Shown here piece after piece: positions 55,771 through 64,000 of a stretch of 64,000 nucleotides of DNA. The translations under genes and the position numbers were made by a program. This DNA comes from a virus, in IMG/VR virus record IMGVR_UViG_3300046170_000494, positions 32,001 through 96,000 of that record. One strand, 5' to 3'. Position 1 is the stretch's first letter. Every line of letters begins with the position of its first letter. Under the pieces are notes generated by a model that made no database searches, was not told where the DNA came from, and saw only the letters and a program-made list of their open reading frames with translations.

Positions 55771-56095
55771 CTATAAATTGTCTTATTGTTTTGGGTTTTT
55801 TAAATATTAATTTATCTTCTCCAAATTTCTCTCCAAGTTTTATTTTTTTACTTTCTGGAATTTTATAGTTAAATTCTCTATATTTTTTTCTTAGAATTTT
55901 TAATCCATTTGGGCTTCTGAATAAAGCGAGGGATTTGGATTTAGGTAATGATACTTTTTGCCAAAAATCGATATTCGGGAACATGTCAAGTAAATCATTT
56001 AAGATTTTCATTTCTCTAGCCCAAAAAAGCCTCTTTTGCGAAGAGGGTTCTTCTGCGAATTTTTTTATTAAATCTTTCTTATGAGTTTGCTTCAC
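55763..56095 (-). CDS. hypothetical basic protein
   Basis: GTG start 7 nt after TTGACA(56125-30)-N17-TAAACT(56102-07). Confidence 0.65.
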   Translation of the reverse strand: MKQTHKKDLIKKFAEEPSSQKRLFWAREMKILNDLLDMFPNIDFWQKVSLPKSKSLALFRSPNGLKILRKKYREFNYKIPESKKIKLGEKFGEDKLIFKKPKTIRQFIDE

Positions 56096-56116
56096 TCACT
56101 AAGTTTAACTTGTGAA

Positions 56117-58198
56117 TTAAATATTGTCAAGCAAAAAACAATAAGAGGGCTTCTCTTTTCTGTAAGATCTGTTATCTAATCTATCGTTTAAATATTTTTT
56201 TACGGTTGTATCAAAAACTTTTTGCATCAAAGGGGTTTCTTGTTGCGGGCAAAGATCATCGATTTCTGCGGAAATTGCTTGACAATTTAATATATCCGCC
56301 TTACTAAAGTCAGCTTCCTTAGAGAATTTATGGCATCCTTTAATTGATGACGGAACGATTACGTAAAAACCTGAATCATCAGAACCTTTAATTATCACGT
56401 CTTTTTCTCGAGCATTATTTAGATCATTTAATGCTTTTTCTTTTTCTTTTATTAGTTGATCAATGAATTCTTTTAATTCGTTTATCTGTTTTAATTTGTT
56501 ATTTAGGTCAATATTTTTAGATTCAAATTCATTTGATTTTAAATTTAGATATTTAATTTTTTTATTTTGAGAATTTACTGTTTCGTTTAATTCTTTTATT
56601 AAGATCTCATTTTCTGTATTGATATTACTTTTTTCTTTTTGTAGGTCATTTAATTGCTTCTTTAGATTTACAAGTTCTAAGGAACATTTATTGGCCTCTT
56701 CTTTAGTTTGAGATATTAAAAACTCATTACTTTTTCTTTTAATTTGTATCTGTTTTATTTCCTCAATATCATTTTCGAGGTTATTGGCTTTATCTAGGAC
56801 TCGTTTTTTGGATATTTTAATTTGCTCTAGCTCTCTAAATTTTTCATCTCTTTCAGCTTTTAATGTTTTTATTTCTTCTTTAATTGGAGAGTTTCTCTCA
56901 GCTTCAAGAGCTTGTTTTTCAGCTTCGATCTTAGCTTCTCTTGCGGATTGTTGATATTTCTGTATTTCTTCTTTATAGAGATTTACCTGAGACTCTTTTA
57001 GTTCTATAATTTTTTCTTCTTGTTCAATATCTTTTTGCCTTTCTTTTATTTCTAATTCTTTAGCTTCCAACTCTTTACTTATAATTTTAAACTCAGCGTT
57101 CTTGGTTATTACTTCCGATTCATCAATTTGTAATCCAGGAAATCTTTTCATTAAACTAATGTGAGCGGCTAGTACAAGTAGAACAGCTAAGGGATCGAAT
57201 ACAAAAATCAATATTATTATCACTATTCTTACCGCTTTTCCCATATCAAAGTCAACCCCTGTGAAGTCAGAAATTAATTCTGCAACATATTTTATCGGCC
57301 CAACTTCAGCTTCTAATTGTCTCGATCCATCGTCATAATTAAATTTTTCTTTTTCTAATTCATCAATTTTATTTAAAGATTCAGTTATCTTGTTGTTATA
57401 TTCTTCTATTTTATTTTTGACTTCATCAGGTTTATCAAATCCAATGGATTGATATTCTTGTATTCTTTTTCTGATATCTGAAATCAAAGAGGATGTCTCG
57501 TTTCTGTATTTAGATATACGTTCTTCTATCTCACTTTTCTTTTTGCTTAATTCAAGCCTCTCGTCTGCTTGTTCTGCAGTGATCTGCTCTAGATCCTTCT
57601 TTTTGTTAGAAAAGAGCCCTCCAGATTTACTTTTAACTAAATTCAATTCTTCATTTAATTTATCAATTCTGGATTGAATAGGGATTAACATTTTGTTGTC
57701 TAATTCAATATCTTTTTCTAATTGACTTGAGAGTTGTTCTATCTTTTTTTGTTCTAAATTGATATTCTCTTGGCTTTTGTCGTTTAAATTTTGATTGCTA
57801 TTTTCTGCCTGAGATATTAGATCTTTTTGCCTTAAAATAAAATCTTTTTCTCTTTGTATTTTATTTTCTACTTGAGTAGCTAGTGCAATATTTTTTTCAG
57901 CATTAGCTTCGTGTTCTATATGAGACTTCGATAGAAATCCAAAAATGCCCATACTAGTAATCCCCATGAGAACTAATATTGCCGAAAATAAATATATTTT
58001 TATAGTTTTTGGGGCGGAGGCCCAGTTATTATGAAGCCATATTGCTGCAATAATTTTTCCAACTTCTAATGCTGCGCCCATAGCTATAACAGCTTCTATT
58101 GAACCTGGGAAAATTGTAGCTAAACCTATTATACTGAAATAAGCAGCTATACAAGAAATGCTTAATGCGGATAGTAATGTTAATATTGCAAAAATCAT
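56117..58198 (-). CDS. membrane-anchored coiled-coil protein
   Basis: N-terminal TMs (AAYFSIIGLATIF, LEVGK), EVGPIKY, IFVFDPLAV, long coiled coils; family typical of large marine phages. Confidence 0.75.
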   Translation of the reverse strand: MIFAILTLLSALSISCIAAYFSIIGLATIFPGSIEAVIAMGAALEVGKIIAAIWLHNNWASAPKTIKIYLFSAILVLMGITSMGIFGFLSKSHIEHEANAEKNIALATQVENKIQREKDFILRQKDLISQAENSNQNLNDKSQENINLEQKKIEQLSSQLEKDIELDNKMLIPIQSRIDKLNEELNLVKSKSGGLFSNKKKDLEQITAEQADERLELSKKKSEIEERISKYRNETSSLISDIRKRIQEYQSIGFDKPDEVKNKIEEYNNKITESLNKIDELEKEKFNYDDGSRQLEAEVGPIKYVAELISDFTGVDFDMGKAVRIVIIILIFVFDPLAVLLVLAAHISLMKRFPGLQIDESEVITKNAEFKIISKELEAKELEIKERQKDIEQEEKIIELKESQVNLYKEEIQKYQQSAREAKIEAEKQALEAERNSPIKEEIKTLKAERDEKFRELEQIKISKKRVLDKANNLENDIEEIKQIQIKRKSNEFLISQTKEEANKCSLELVNLKKQLNDLQKEKSNINTENEILIKELNETVNSQNKKIKYLNLKSNEFESKNIDLNNKLKQINELKEFIDQLIKEKEKALNDLNNAREKDVIIKGSDDSGFYVIVPSSIKGCHKFSKEADFSKADILNCQAISAEIDDLCPQQETPLMQKVFDTTVKKYLNDRLDNRSYRKEKPSYCFLLDNI

Positions 58199-58434
58199 TG
58201 TATTCTATAATTTGAATTAGGTGGTTGTTTTTTATTGAGGGGATCTACTTGCGAAATGTCTGTGCGGTTTGAATTCGCATAATACCCGCGGTTATCGTTA
58301 GGGTAATACTCTCTTTCTCCTTTTTTAGCTGTTTCTTCAACTTCTTGTTGAGAAGAATAATCGTATGGCCCTGGGGTTAAATCTCTATTATCGTTGCTGT
58401 ATCTAAAATTTGGATTTTCTGTATGTTCACTCAT
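58195..58434 (-). CDS. hypothetical protein
   Basis: Start moved to MSEH at 58434, 14 nt after GTGTA. Confidence 0.6.
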   Translation of the reverse strand: MSEHTENPNFRYSNDNRDLTPGPYDYSSQQEVEETAKKGEREYYPNDNRGYYANSNRTDISQVDPLNKKQPPNSNYRIQ

Positions 58435-58614
58435 ATATATCATTACACTCCATATCTGAAAGTTTTACGGTTATCGTCTGCCCATTGTCAAGTTCAATAG
58501 TCGCAAACTTAGCTCCATCTTCAGGACCTCCTAGTTCTTCGTATTCATTTATAACTTTGCCAACCATTTCTTTTCGTTGACTTTAACTATGCATATTTTA
58601 GGTTTTTCTTTCAT
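58427..58614 (-). pseudogene. small gene split by a one-base frameshift (or programmed -1 shift)
   Basis: ATG 58614 (GTGTA 14 nt upstream) gives 21 aa then TAA; the -1 frame continues MVGKVINEYEELGGPEDG...DIYE to 58427. Confidence 0.45.
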
Positions 58615-58709
58615 ATTTTTATATACACATTTATATTTTAAGTGCAAAAGTTAAAAGTTAACTTTGGACTTTTATTAGACTTTACTTTAACTTATGTGTA
58701 TCATAAAGG

Positions 58710-60698
58710 ATGAGCAAAAGAAAATATACTAAACGCTCCGATTATTGGAATAAGTTTGATAAAGATGACGATGATAACCTCAAGCGTTTAATAGAAATTC
58801 CCATCTCAGAACCCTTTTCTTCCGGAGAGCCTTATTACTCTGAATCAAAAGCTTCATCGTATTCCAGAACAGAATCTAAGTCTGACGAGTTTGCATCTAG
58901 GAGAAATGCAACTCATAAATCTAGTAAAAAATTTAGGTTTTCTAATATATCGGGGGGCATGTTGCCTTATGTTTATGGTCATGACGGAGTAAATGTAAGA
59001 GATTCTATTGAGTTGTGTCAAAAAGCTTACGCTAATATATCTGTTTTTAGAAATGCGATTGATGTAATGTCTGAATTTGCTAACTCAAATCTCTATCTCG
59101 AAGGAGGGACTCAAAAATCTAGAGACTTCATATATAAATGGTTTGATAAAGTTAACCTCTGGAACCTTAAGGATCAGTATTTTCGAGAATATTATAGGAG
59201 TGGAAATATATTTTTATACAGAGTAGATGGCGAATTTTCTAAAACAGACTTTGATAAATTGAGTAAGATATATGGATCAACAATATCTTTAAAGCCTGGA
59301 AAATTACCTGTAAAATATATAGTTCTTAATCCTTATGATATTGTTGCGACAAAAGGTTCTTCTTTTGAAACGGCTTTATACGAAAAAATATTATCCGAAT
59401 ATGATATAGAGAGACTTAAAAACCCCAAAACAGACTATGATTTACAGGTATACGAATCATTAGATGAAGATATTAAGGAGAAAATTAAAAATGGAAAATA
59501 TAATCAGGACGGACTTAGGGTTAAATTGGATCCGAGTAATTTGGTTTACTCTTTTTACAAAAAACAAGATTACGAACCTTTTGCTATTCCTTTTGGTTAT
59601 CCTGTGTTAGATGACATTAATTTTAAATTAGAACTAAAAAAAATCGATCAAGCTATATGTAGGACAATTGAAAATGTAATTCTTCTCATTACTATGGGTG
59701 CAGAGCCTGATAAGGGAGGTATTAATCCTCGAAATATGGAGGCGATGCAAAATTTATTTAAGAACGAAAGTGTCGGGAGGGTTTTGGTTAGTGACTATAC
59801 AACAAAAGCTCAATTTATTATACCTGATATTGGTAAGGTGGTTGGCCCCGCTAAATATGAAGTAATTAATAATGACATTAAAGAAGGTTTGCAAAATGTT
59901 ATTGTCGGAGATGAAAGGTATAGCAATACTCAAGTGAAAGCTAAGATATTCTTAGAAAGATTAAAAGAGTCTAGGAATGCTTTTATTTATGATTTTTTGC
60001 AACCTCAAATAAAAATGATTTGCCAGAATTTAGGGTTTAGAAAATACCCGAAAGTCAAGTTTGAGGAGACGGATATTAAAGACGAAGTTCAATTACAGAG
60101 GGTCGCTACTAGACTAATGGAATTAGGCTTAATTACTCCACAACAAGGAATGACCGCGATAGAAAAAGGTATATACCCTAATCCCGAAGAATTGGATGCA
60201 GCTCAGGAGGAGTATATAGAGCAAAGGAAGAATGGGTTATATAATCCAATAGTAGGTGGAGTACCAATGGTTTCCCCTGAAGTTGGGGTTACTGAGACAG
60301 AGGTTCGAAACAATACGACAAAAAATGAAGTTGGTAGACCTGTAGGAACTTCTGATATACCTCAAGAATCTTCAGCATCTTTATTTAGTAGAGAAGATAT
60401 TCAATCTGTTATTTATAACACAGAAGAATTAAGAAACTTTGCTCTAGCTGAAATTAAAAATAAACTTAAAAGAAAAAGATTACGAAAACAAGAGAAAAAT
60501 ATGATTGATGAATTATGTCAATCAGTTATAATTTCAACTAATAATAAAAAGTGGAAGGATAGGATTGCATCATGCATTAATGATTCTAGTAATATAGGAA
60601 ATTTACATCCAAAGACAGAAGTGCAAGATATAGCTTCAGAGTATAATCTTGATTTGTATTCTGCAGCTTTGTTATATCATAGCCAAAAGGAGGTTTAA
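58710..60698 (+). CDS. portal protein
   Basis: 662 aa; AYANISVFRNAIDVMSEF, YYRSGNIFLY, YKKQDYEPFAIPFGYPVL. Confidence 0.75.
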   Translation: MSKRKYTKRSDYWNKFDKDDDDNLKRLIEIPISEPFSSGEPYYSESKASSYSRTESKSDEFASRRNATHKSSKKFRFSNISGGMLPYVYGHDGVNVRDSIELCQKAYANISVFRNAIDVMSEFANSNLYLEGGTQKSRDFIYKWFDKVNLWNLKDQYFREYYRSGNIFLYRVDGEFSKTDFDKLSKIYGSTISLKPGKLPVKYIVLNPYDIVATKGSSFETALYEKILSEYDIERLKNPKTDYDLQVYESLDEDIKEKIKNGKYNQDGLRVKLDPSNLVYSFYKKQDYEPFAIPFGYPVLDDINFKLELKKIDQAICRTIENVILLITMGAEPDKGGINPRNMEAMQNLFKNESVGRVLVSDYTTKAQFIIPDIGKVVGPAKYEVINNDIKEGLQNVIVGDERYSNTQVKAKIFLERLKESRNAFIYDFLQPQIKMICQNLGFRKYPKVKFEETDIKDEVQLQRVATRLMELGLITPQQGMTAIEKGIYPNPEELDAAQEEYIEQRKNGLYNPIVGGVPMVSPEVGVTETEVRNNTTKNEVGRPVGTSDIPQESSASLFSREDIQSVIYNTEELRNFALAEIKNKLKRKRLRKQEKNMIDELCQSVIISTNNKKWKDRIASCINDSSNIGNLHPKTEVQDIASEYNLDLYSAALLYHSQKEV

Positions 60699-60701
60699 GA
60701 A

Positions 60702-61211
60702 ATGGGAGCCTTCGAAACTTTCGTAAATGCTAACTTAGGTATAAGAAAGCCTTTAATCCTTGATTCCGGGCATCCAACCGGAAGCTTTAAAGCTGCAGGT
60801 ATAGTTGGTTCTGAATATATAGATACTGATACGAATGAAATCTACGAGAAGACTGGGGAAAATAATTTACGCGATTGGTCTTTAATTAGGAAACTTGGAG
60901 ACTCGCTTGAGGATTCTCAGTCATCTGTTTCTGCTCAAAGTTTTTCTGCATCGATAAACGTTCCATTAAATGCAGATAATTTAAATATAAAGTTCGATGA
61001 TTTAGGTAACGAGAATGTATATCTTGAAGCTCCTAGGGTTTTTGTTTCCTTGAGGTTTAATGATTTACCTGAAGATCTGTATGCTCACTCTATTTATGGA
61101 GTAAATTCAGAAGGTTTTAATATTCAACTGTCAGACGAAATGGCTCAAACAGGTTGTTATTTAGATGTACTGGTTACTGCTTCACCGGATCAAATTAGCG
61201 GTTCATTTTAA
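60702..61211 (+). CDS. putative virion protein
   Basis: G.P..S...G.VGS.YIDT.T..IYEK..W motif; C-terminal beta-sandwich-like PRVFVSL. Confidence 0.5.
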   Translation: MGAFETFVNANLGIRKPLILDSGHPTGSFKAAGIVGSEYIDTDTNEIYEKTGENNLRDWSLIRKLGDSLEDSQSSVSAQSFSASINVPLNADNLNIKFDDLGNENVYLEAPRVFVSLRFNDLPEDLYAHSIYGVNSEGFNIQLSDEMAQTGCYLDVLVTASPDQISGSF

Positions 61212-61886
61212 AGGCTTTAAGTTTCTTGCTATTATTTCAAATATAGATTTTTTTATTTGTTCGTCACCTTTGTCCCATTTATACATTATATCATTTTTTA
61301 TATGGTTCATTTGTTGCTCCATTTTTTCGATCTCTTTTTTTAATTGATCTATAAATTCAGGAGAAATTGTTTTAACGCCCACGTTAAGTTCTAGGGCTAC
61401 TTTAAGTATTTTGCGAAAATCTCCATTCTGTTTACCTTCAATGACCTCATTGTACATATCTAACCTTTCATTGGTTTCGTTTTCAGGTAAATCTTTATTT
61501 AAATCCGGGTGAGTTTTTTTAACAACTTCACGAAATAAATCATTCATCTCGTCATTAGATAACTCTGTTGACTTATCTTTTTTATCTGGAACAGATTCAA
61601 ATGGGTGTTGTATTTTTTTATTGTCGCAATATTCAAGCATGGCTGCAATAAACTTTCTTCTAATTTCTTCAAATTCTTCAACCAGCTCTTCATGTTCTAG
61701 ATTGAGATAGATCGCTTTATGCCTTAATTTATTGAAAACTTTCTTTAGTCTTTTTTGAGCTTCTGGCGCAGAATACTTGACAGGTAAGTTTTCTTTTATA
61801 TATTTTTTATTATCGGGCTCATATTTACCTAGTGGATGTTTTTCTCTTTCTGAGAATAAATCATTAAACAAATCTTTTCTATTCAT
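61203..61886 (-). CDS. J-domain (DnaJ-like) co-chaperone
   Basis: LFREVVKKTHPD in a helical context. Confidence 0.75.
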   Translation of the reverse strand: MNRKDLFNDLFSEREKHPLGKYEPDNKKYIKENLPVKYSAPEAQKRLKKVFNKLRHKAIYLNLEHEELVEEFEEIRRKFIAAMLEYCDNKKIQHPFESVPDKKDKSTELSNDEMNDLFREVVKKTHPDLNKDLPENETNERLDMYNEVIEGKQNGDFRKILKVALELNVGVKTISPEFIDQLKKEIEKMEQQMNHIKNDIMYKWDKGDEQIKKSIFEIIARNLKPLK

Positions 61887-61900
61887 ATATTATTTTACAC

Positions 61901-61926
61901 AAAAAAGGCGACCCCAAGGGGTCGCC
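61901..61926 (-). terminator. intrinsic terminator
   Basis: Minus strand GGCGACCC-CTTG-GGGTCGCC-TTTTTT. Confidence 0.88.
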
Positions 61927-61956
61927 AAAGATAAAGAATATCTTTCTCGTTAGGTT

Positions 61957-63282
61957 TTACCCAATAGAAGCAATTAACTCTACTGTGTAATTTGCAGAAG
62001 GTGTGTTATCTGCAAATGTTACAGTAGCAGCGCTTGCGCTAACTGAGGAAACCATGCATGCGATGATTGGATCGTTTGCATCAGAGCTTTTTAATTGAGC
62101 TACAACAATTGGGGTTGATGCAAATGTGCGACCAAAACTAATTGAGCCGGAATTGTCAACACCGTTACCCACACTTGTGCTAACTGCGACTACATCATTT
62201 GTTGCGATAATAGCTGCGAGGCTAGAGATATCACTATCAGTAGTTGCTTCATCAGCGTCGCGTTGAGCTTGTAAGCTAGAAACGTCACTCTCAAGGTCTC
62301 CTGTACCTGCGCTATTAAGAGCTGCAAGACTGGAAACGTCGCTCTCAAGGTCTCCCTTGTTAGTTGAGATATCACCAGCAAGACTGGAAACGTCGCTATC
62401 AGTAGCTGCTTCGTCAGCTACGCGCTGAACTTGAAGGCTGGAAACGTCGCTCTCAAGGTCTCCCTTGTTTGTTGCGATATCACCAGCAAGACTGGAAACA
62501 TCACTATCAGTAGTTCCTTCGTCAGCGTCGCGTTGAGCTTGAAGACTGGAAATATTGCTCTCTAAATCTCCTGTGCTTCCTGCAGATATAGCTGCAAGGC
62601 TGGAAACGTCACTCTCAAGGTCTCCCTTGTTAGTTGAGATATCACCAGCAAGACTGGAAACGTCGCTCTCAAGGTCTCCCTTGTTTGTTGCGATATCACC
62701 AGCAAGGCTAGAAACGTCACTATCAGTAGTTCCTTCGTCAGCGTCGCGTTGAGCTTGAAGACTGGAAATATTGCTCTCTAAATCTCCTGTGCTTCCTGCA
62801 GATATAGCTGCAAGGCTGGAAACGTCACTCTCAAGGTCTCCCTTGTTAGTTGAGATATCACCAGCAAGACTGGAAACGTCGCTATCAGTAGCTGCTTCGT
62901 CAGCTACGCGCTGAACTTGAAGGCTGGAAACGTCGCTCTCAAGGTCTCCCTTGTTTGTTGCGATATCACCAGCAAGGCTAGAAACGTCACTATCAGTAGT
63001 TCCTTCGTCAGCGTCGCGTTGAGCTTGAAGGCTGGAAATACTGCTCTCTAAATCTCCTGTGCTTCCTGCAGATATAGCTGCAAGGCTAGAGATATCGCTA
63101 TCAGTGTTTCCTTCGTCCGCTACTCTTTGAGCGTGTAAACTAGAGATATCATTTTCAATAGTTTGACGAGACATTAATGTGCTACCGCTTGCGCTTTTAA
63201 TTTCAAAAGCGTTTTCGGAGCTCGCTTCAAGGAGGAGATTACCTCCAAGATTTAATGATTCAGTACGGAATATTTTTGCCAT
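61957..63282 (-). CDS. fibre protein with 18 aa repeat stalk and C-terminal head domain
   Basis: 17 units of SDVSSL plus 12 aa; C-terminal ISFGRTFASTPIVVAQL. Confidence 0.8.
   Translation of the reverse strand: MAKIFRTESLNLGGNLLLEASSENAFEIKSASGSTLMSRQTIENDISSLHAQRVADEGNTDSDISSLAAISAGSTGDLESSISSLQAQRDADEGTTDSDVSSLAGDIATNKGDLESDVSSLQVQRVADEAATDSDVSSLAGDISTNKGDLESDVSSLAAISAGSTGDLESNISSLQAQRDADEGTTDSDVSSLAGDIATNKGDLESDVSSLAGDISTNKGDLESDVSSLAAISAGSTGDLESNISSLQAQRDADEGTTDSDVSSLAGDIATNKGDLESDVSSLQVQRVADEAATDSDVSSLAGDISTNKGDLESDVSSLAALNSAGTGDLESDVSSLQAQRDADEATTDSDISSLAAIIATNDVVAVSTSVGNGVDNSGSISFGRTFASTPIVVAQLKSSDANDPIIACMVSSVSASAATVTFADNTPSANYTVELIASIG
62218..63153 (-). repeat. 54 nt tandem coding repeat with higher-order structure
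   Basis: Near-identical DNA units such as CAAGACTGGAAACGTCGCTCTCAAGGTCTCCCTTG recur throughout. Confidence 0.95.
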
Positions 63283-63347
63283 ACAGTAATATATACCTTA
63301 AAACTATAGTTTTGGGAAGTTTATTTTTTAATAAATCCAGATAAATA

Positions 63348-64000
63348 CTAGCATCCAAGGTGATTCCAGTAACTCATAAATATCTTCTTTAATTCATAAG
63401 GATAAGCCATAAAATGTAATATAAATGTGTCATTATTTACTAACCTTGGGTCAGTATTAAATTCTTTCATTTTAAATATTTTTCTATTAAAACCAAAGCC
63501 ATCACTCTTTTTTAATATCTCGCATAATATTTCTTGATCTCCTCCGCTGGCGTACAATGAAGATTTATCTCCATCGAAATCTCGCCATTTTTTTATTATG
63601 TTTTTTGTATATTGATGAGATTTAAAGAATAATACCCCGCTATTTAGCATGCAATGATCGCCAATATCTTTTGTTGCAAGTATGAATTTTTTCGGAGCTT
63701 TTTCTATAATTGATTCAAGTTTTTTTTCTGGATTAAAAATTAACGTGTCTGAATCCATCCATACAATATAATCGTGATCATCAATATGATTAAGTAACGC
63801 TTGGGATTTTGACCAATTCGGACTTCCGTTTTTATCTAAATTTTCTCTGTAGACGTAAAAGCTGTAACCCTGCTTTTCGCAGTATTCTTTAATACTTTTT
63901 TCTGAGTAAATAGCGAATTCAGAAATCTCTTTCGTATACAGGCTGACGATTGCAATCTTCTTAAATGGATTAAAACAATTGAATTTATCTTTAGGTTCTT
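63348..64000 (-). CDS. glycosyltransferase (GT34/galactosyltransferase-like), 5' end outside the window
   Basis: Frame open to the window edge; EYCEKQGY, NWSK, YIVWMDSD (DxD), LNSGVLFF, DQEIL. Confidence 0.85.
   Translation of the reverse strand, partial: EPKDKFNCFNPFKKIAIVSLYTKEISEFAIYSEKSIKEYCEKQGYSFYVYRENLDKNGSPNWSKSQALLNHIDDHDYIVWMDSDTLIFNPEKKLESIIEKAPKKFILATKDIGDHCMLNSGVLFFKSHQYTKNIIKKWRDFDGDKSSLYASGGDQEILCEILKKSDGFGFNRKIFKMKEFNTDPRLVNNDTFILHFMAYPYELKKIFMSYWNHLGC

Larger units (their letters stand above)
5958..61900. promoter_or_regulatory. dispersed GTGTA-N9-start motif (putative phage-sigma/late promoter)
   Basis: First G of motif / start codon, exactly 14 nt apart: 5958/5972, 6515/6529, 10305/10319, 14747/14733(-), 15398/15412, 26746/26760, 38948/38962, 54260/54246(-), 58448/58434(-), 58628/58614(-), 58696/58710, 61900/61886(-). 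15-17 nt apart: 38923/38908(-), 48903/48888(-), 11240/11256, 22289/22305, 29731/29715(-), 15387/15370(-). Confidence 0.85.

Noticed and set aside
5958-61900. GTGTA as a Shine-Dalgarno or ordinary TGn extended -10
   Set aside because: Not complementary to the usual anti-SD; TG is one base out of register for TGn, and the -7 T is missing in 5 of the 12 exact-spacing cases.
5202-62752. Short ORFs nested in long genes (e.g. 9029, 18942, 21316, 30498, 35781, 39376, 44851, 47544, 50899, 62555)
   Set aside because: Entirely inside well-supported CDSs on the opposite strand or frame; expected by chance.
1-64000. Stop-codon reassignment, tRNA/rRNA genes, DGR
   Set aside because: Long genes are intact in code 11 and end in TAA, TAG or TGA; no cloverleaf, rRNA-like tract or reverse transcriptase was recognised by eye. 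tRNAscan-SE and Infernal were not run.

Overview
This AT-rich 64 kb window is part of a large tailed dsDNA phage genome, read in the standard genetic code, with no tRNA, rRNA or CRISPR seen. It carries terminase, prohead protease/scaffold, major capsid protein, portal, several tail fibres, split Pol III, primase, DnaB, RecA, class I RNR, PhoH, ClpC and Hsp20. A DUF1501 plus DUF1549/DUF1553 pair and Trp/Tyr-rich surface modules point to a PVC host, probably marine Verrucomicrobia (inference). Main observations: (1) 0.47-5.0 kb is an array of 17 small minus-strand genes. It has 14 sigma70-type promoters, 12 of which place the predicted start of transcription at or beside the start codon, and a conserved ~59 bp hairpin/G-tract repeat divides it into ~1 kb blocks. 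(2) A second motif, GTGTA, lies exactly 14 nt before the start codon of 12 genes and near several more; the candidate reader is a phage sigma factor with a Cys-rich insert. (3) The phage carries the uncharacterised PVC DUF1501/DUF1549-1553 module under that motif. (4) The RNR beta subunit has the tyrosine-free class Ic signature. (5) There is a sigma54-like promoter on hsp20, a holin/u-spanin-like lysis cluster, and several modular fibre systems. All family calls come from recognising motifs by eye; no database searches were run.
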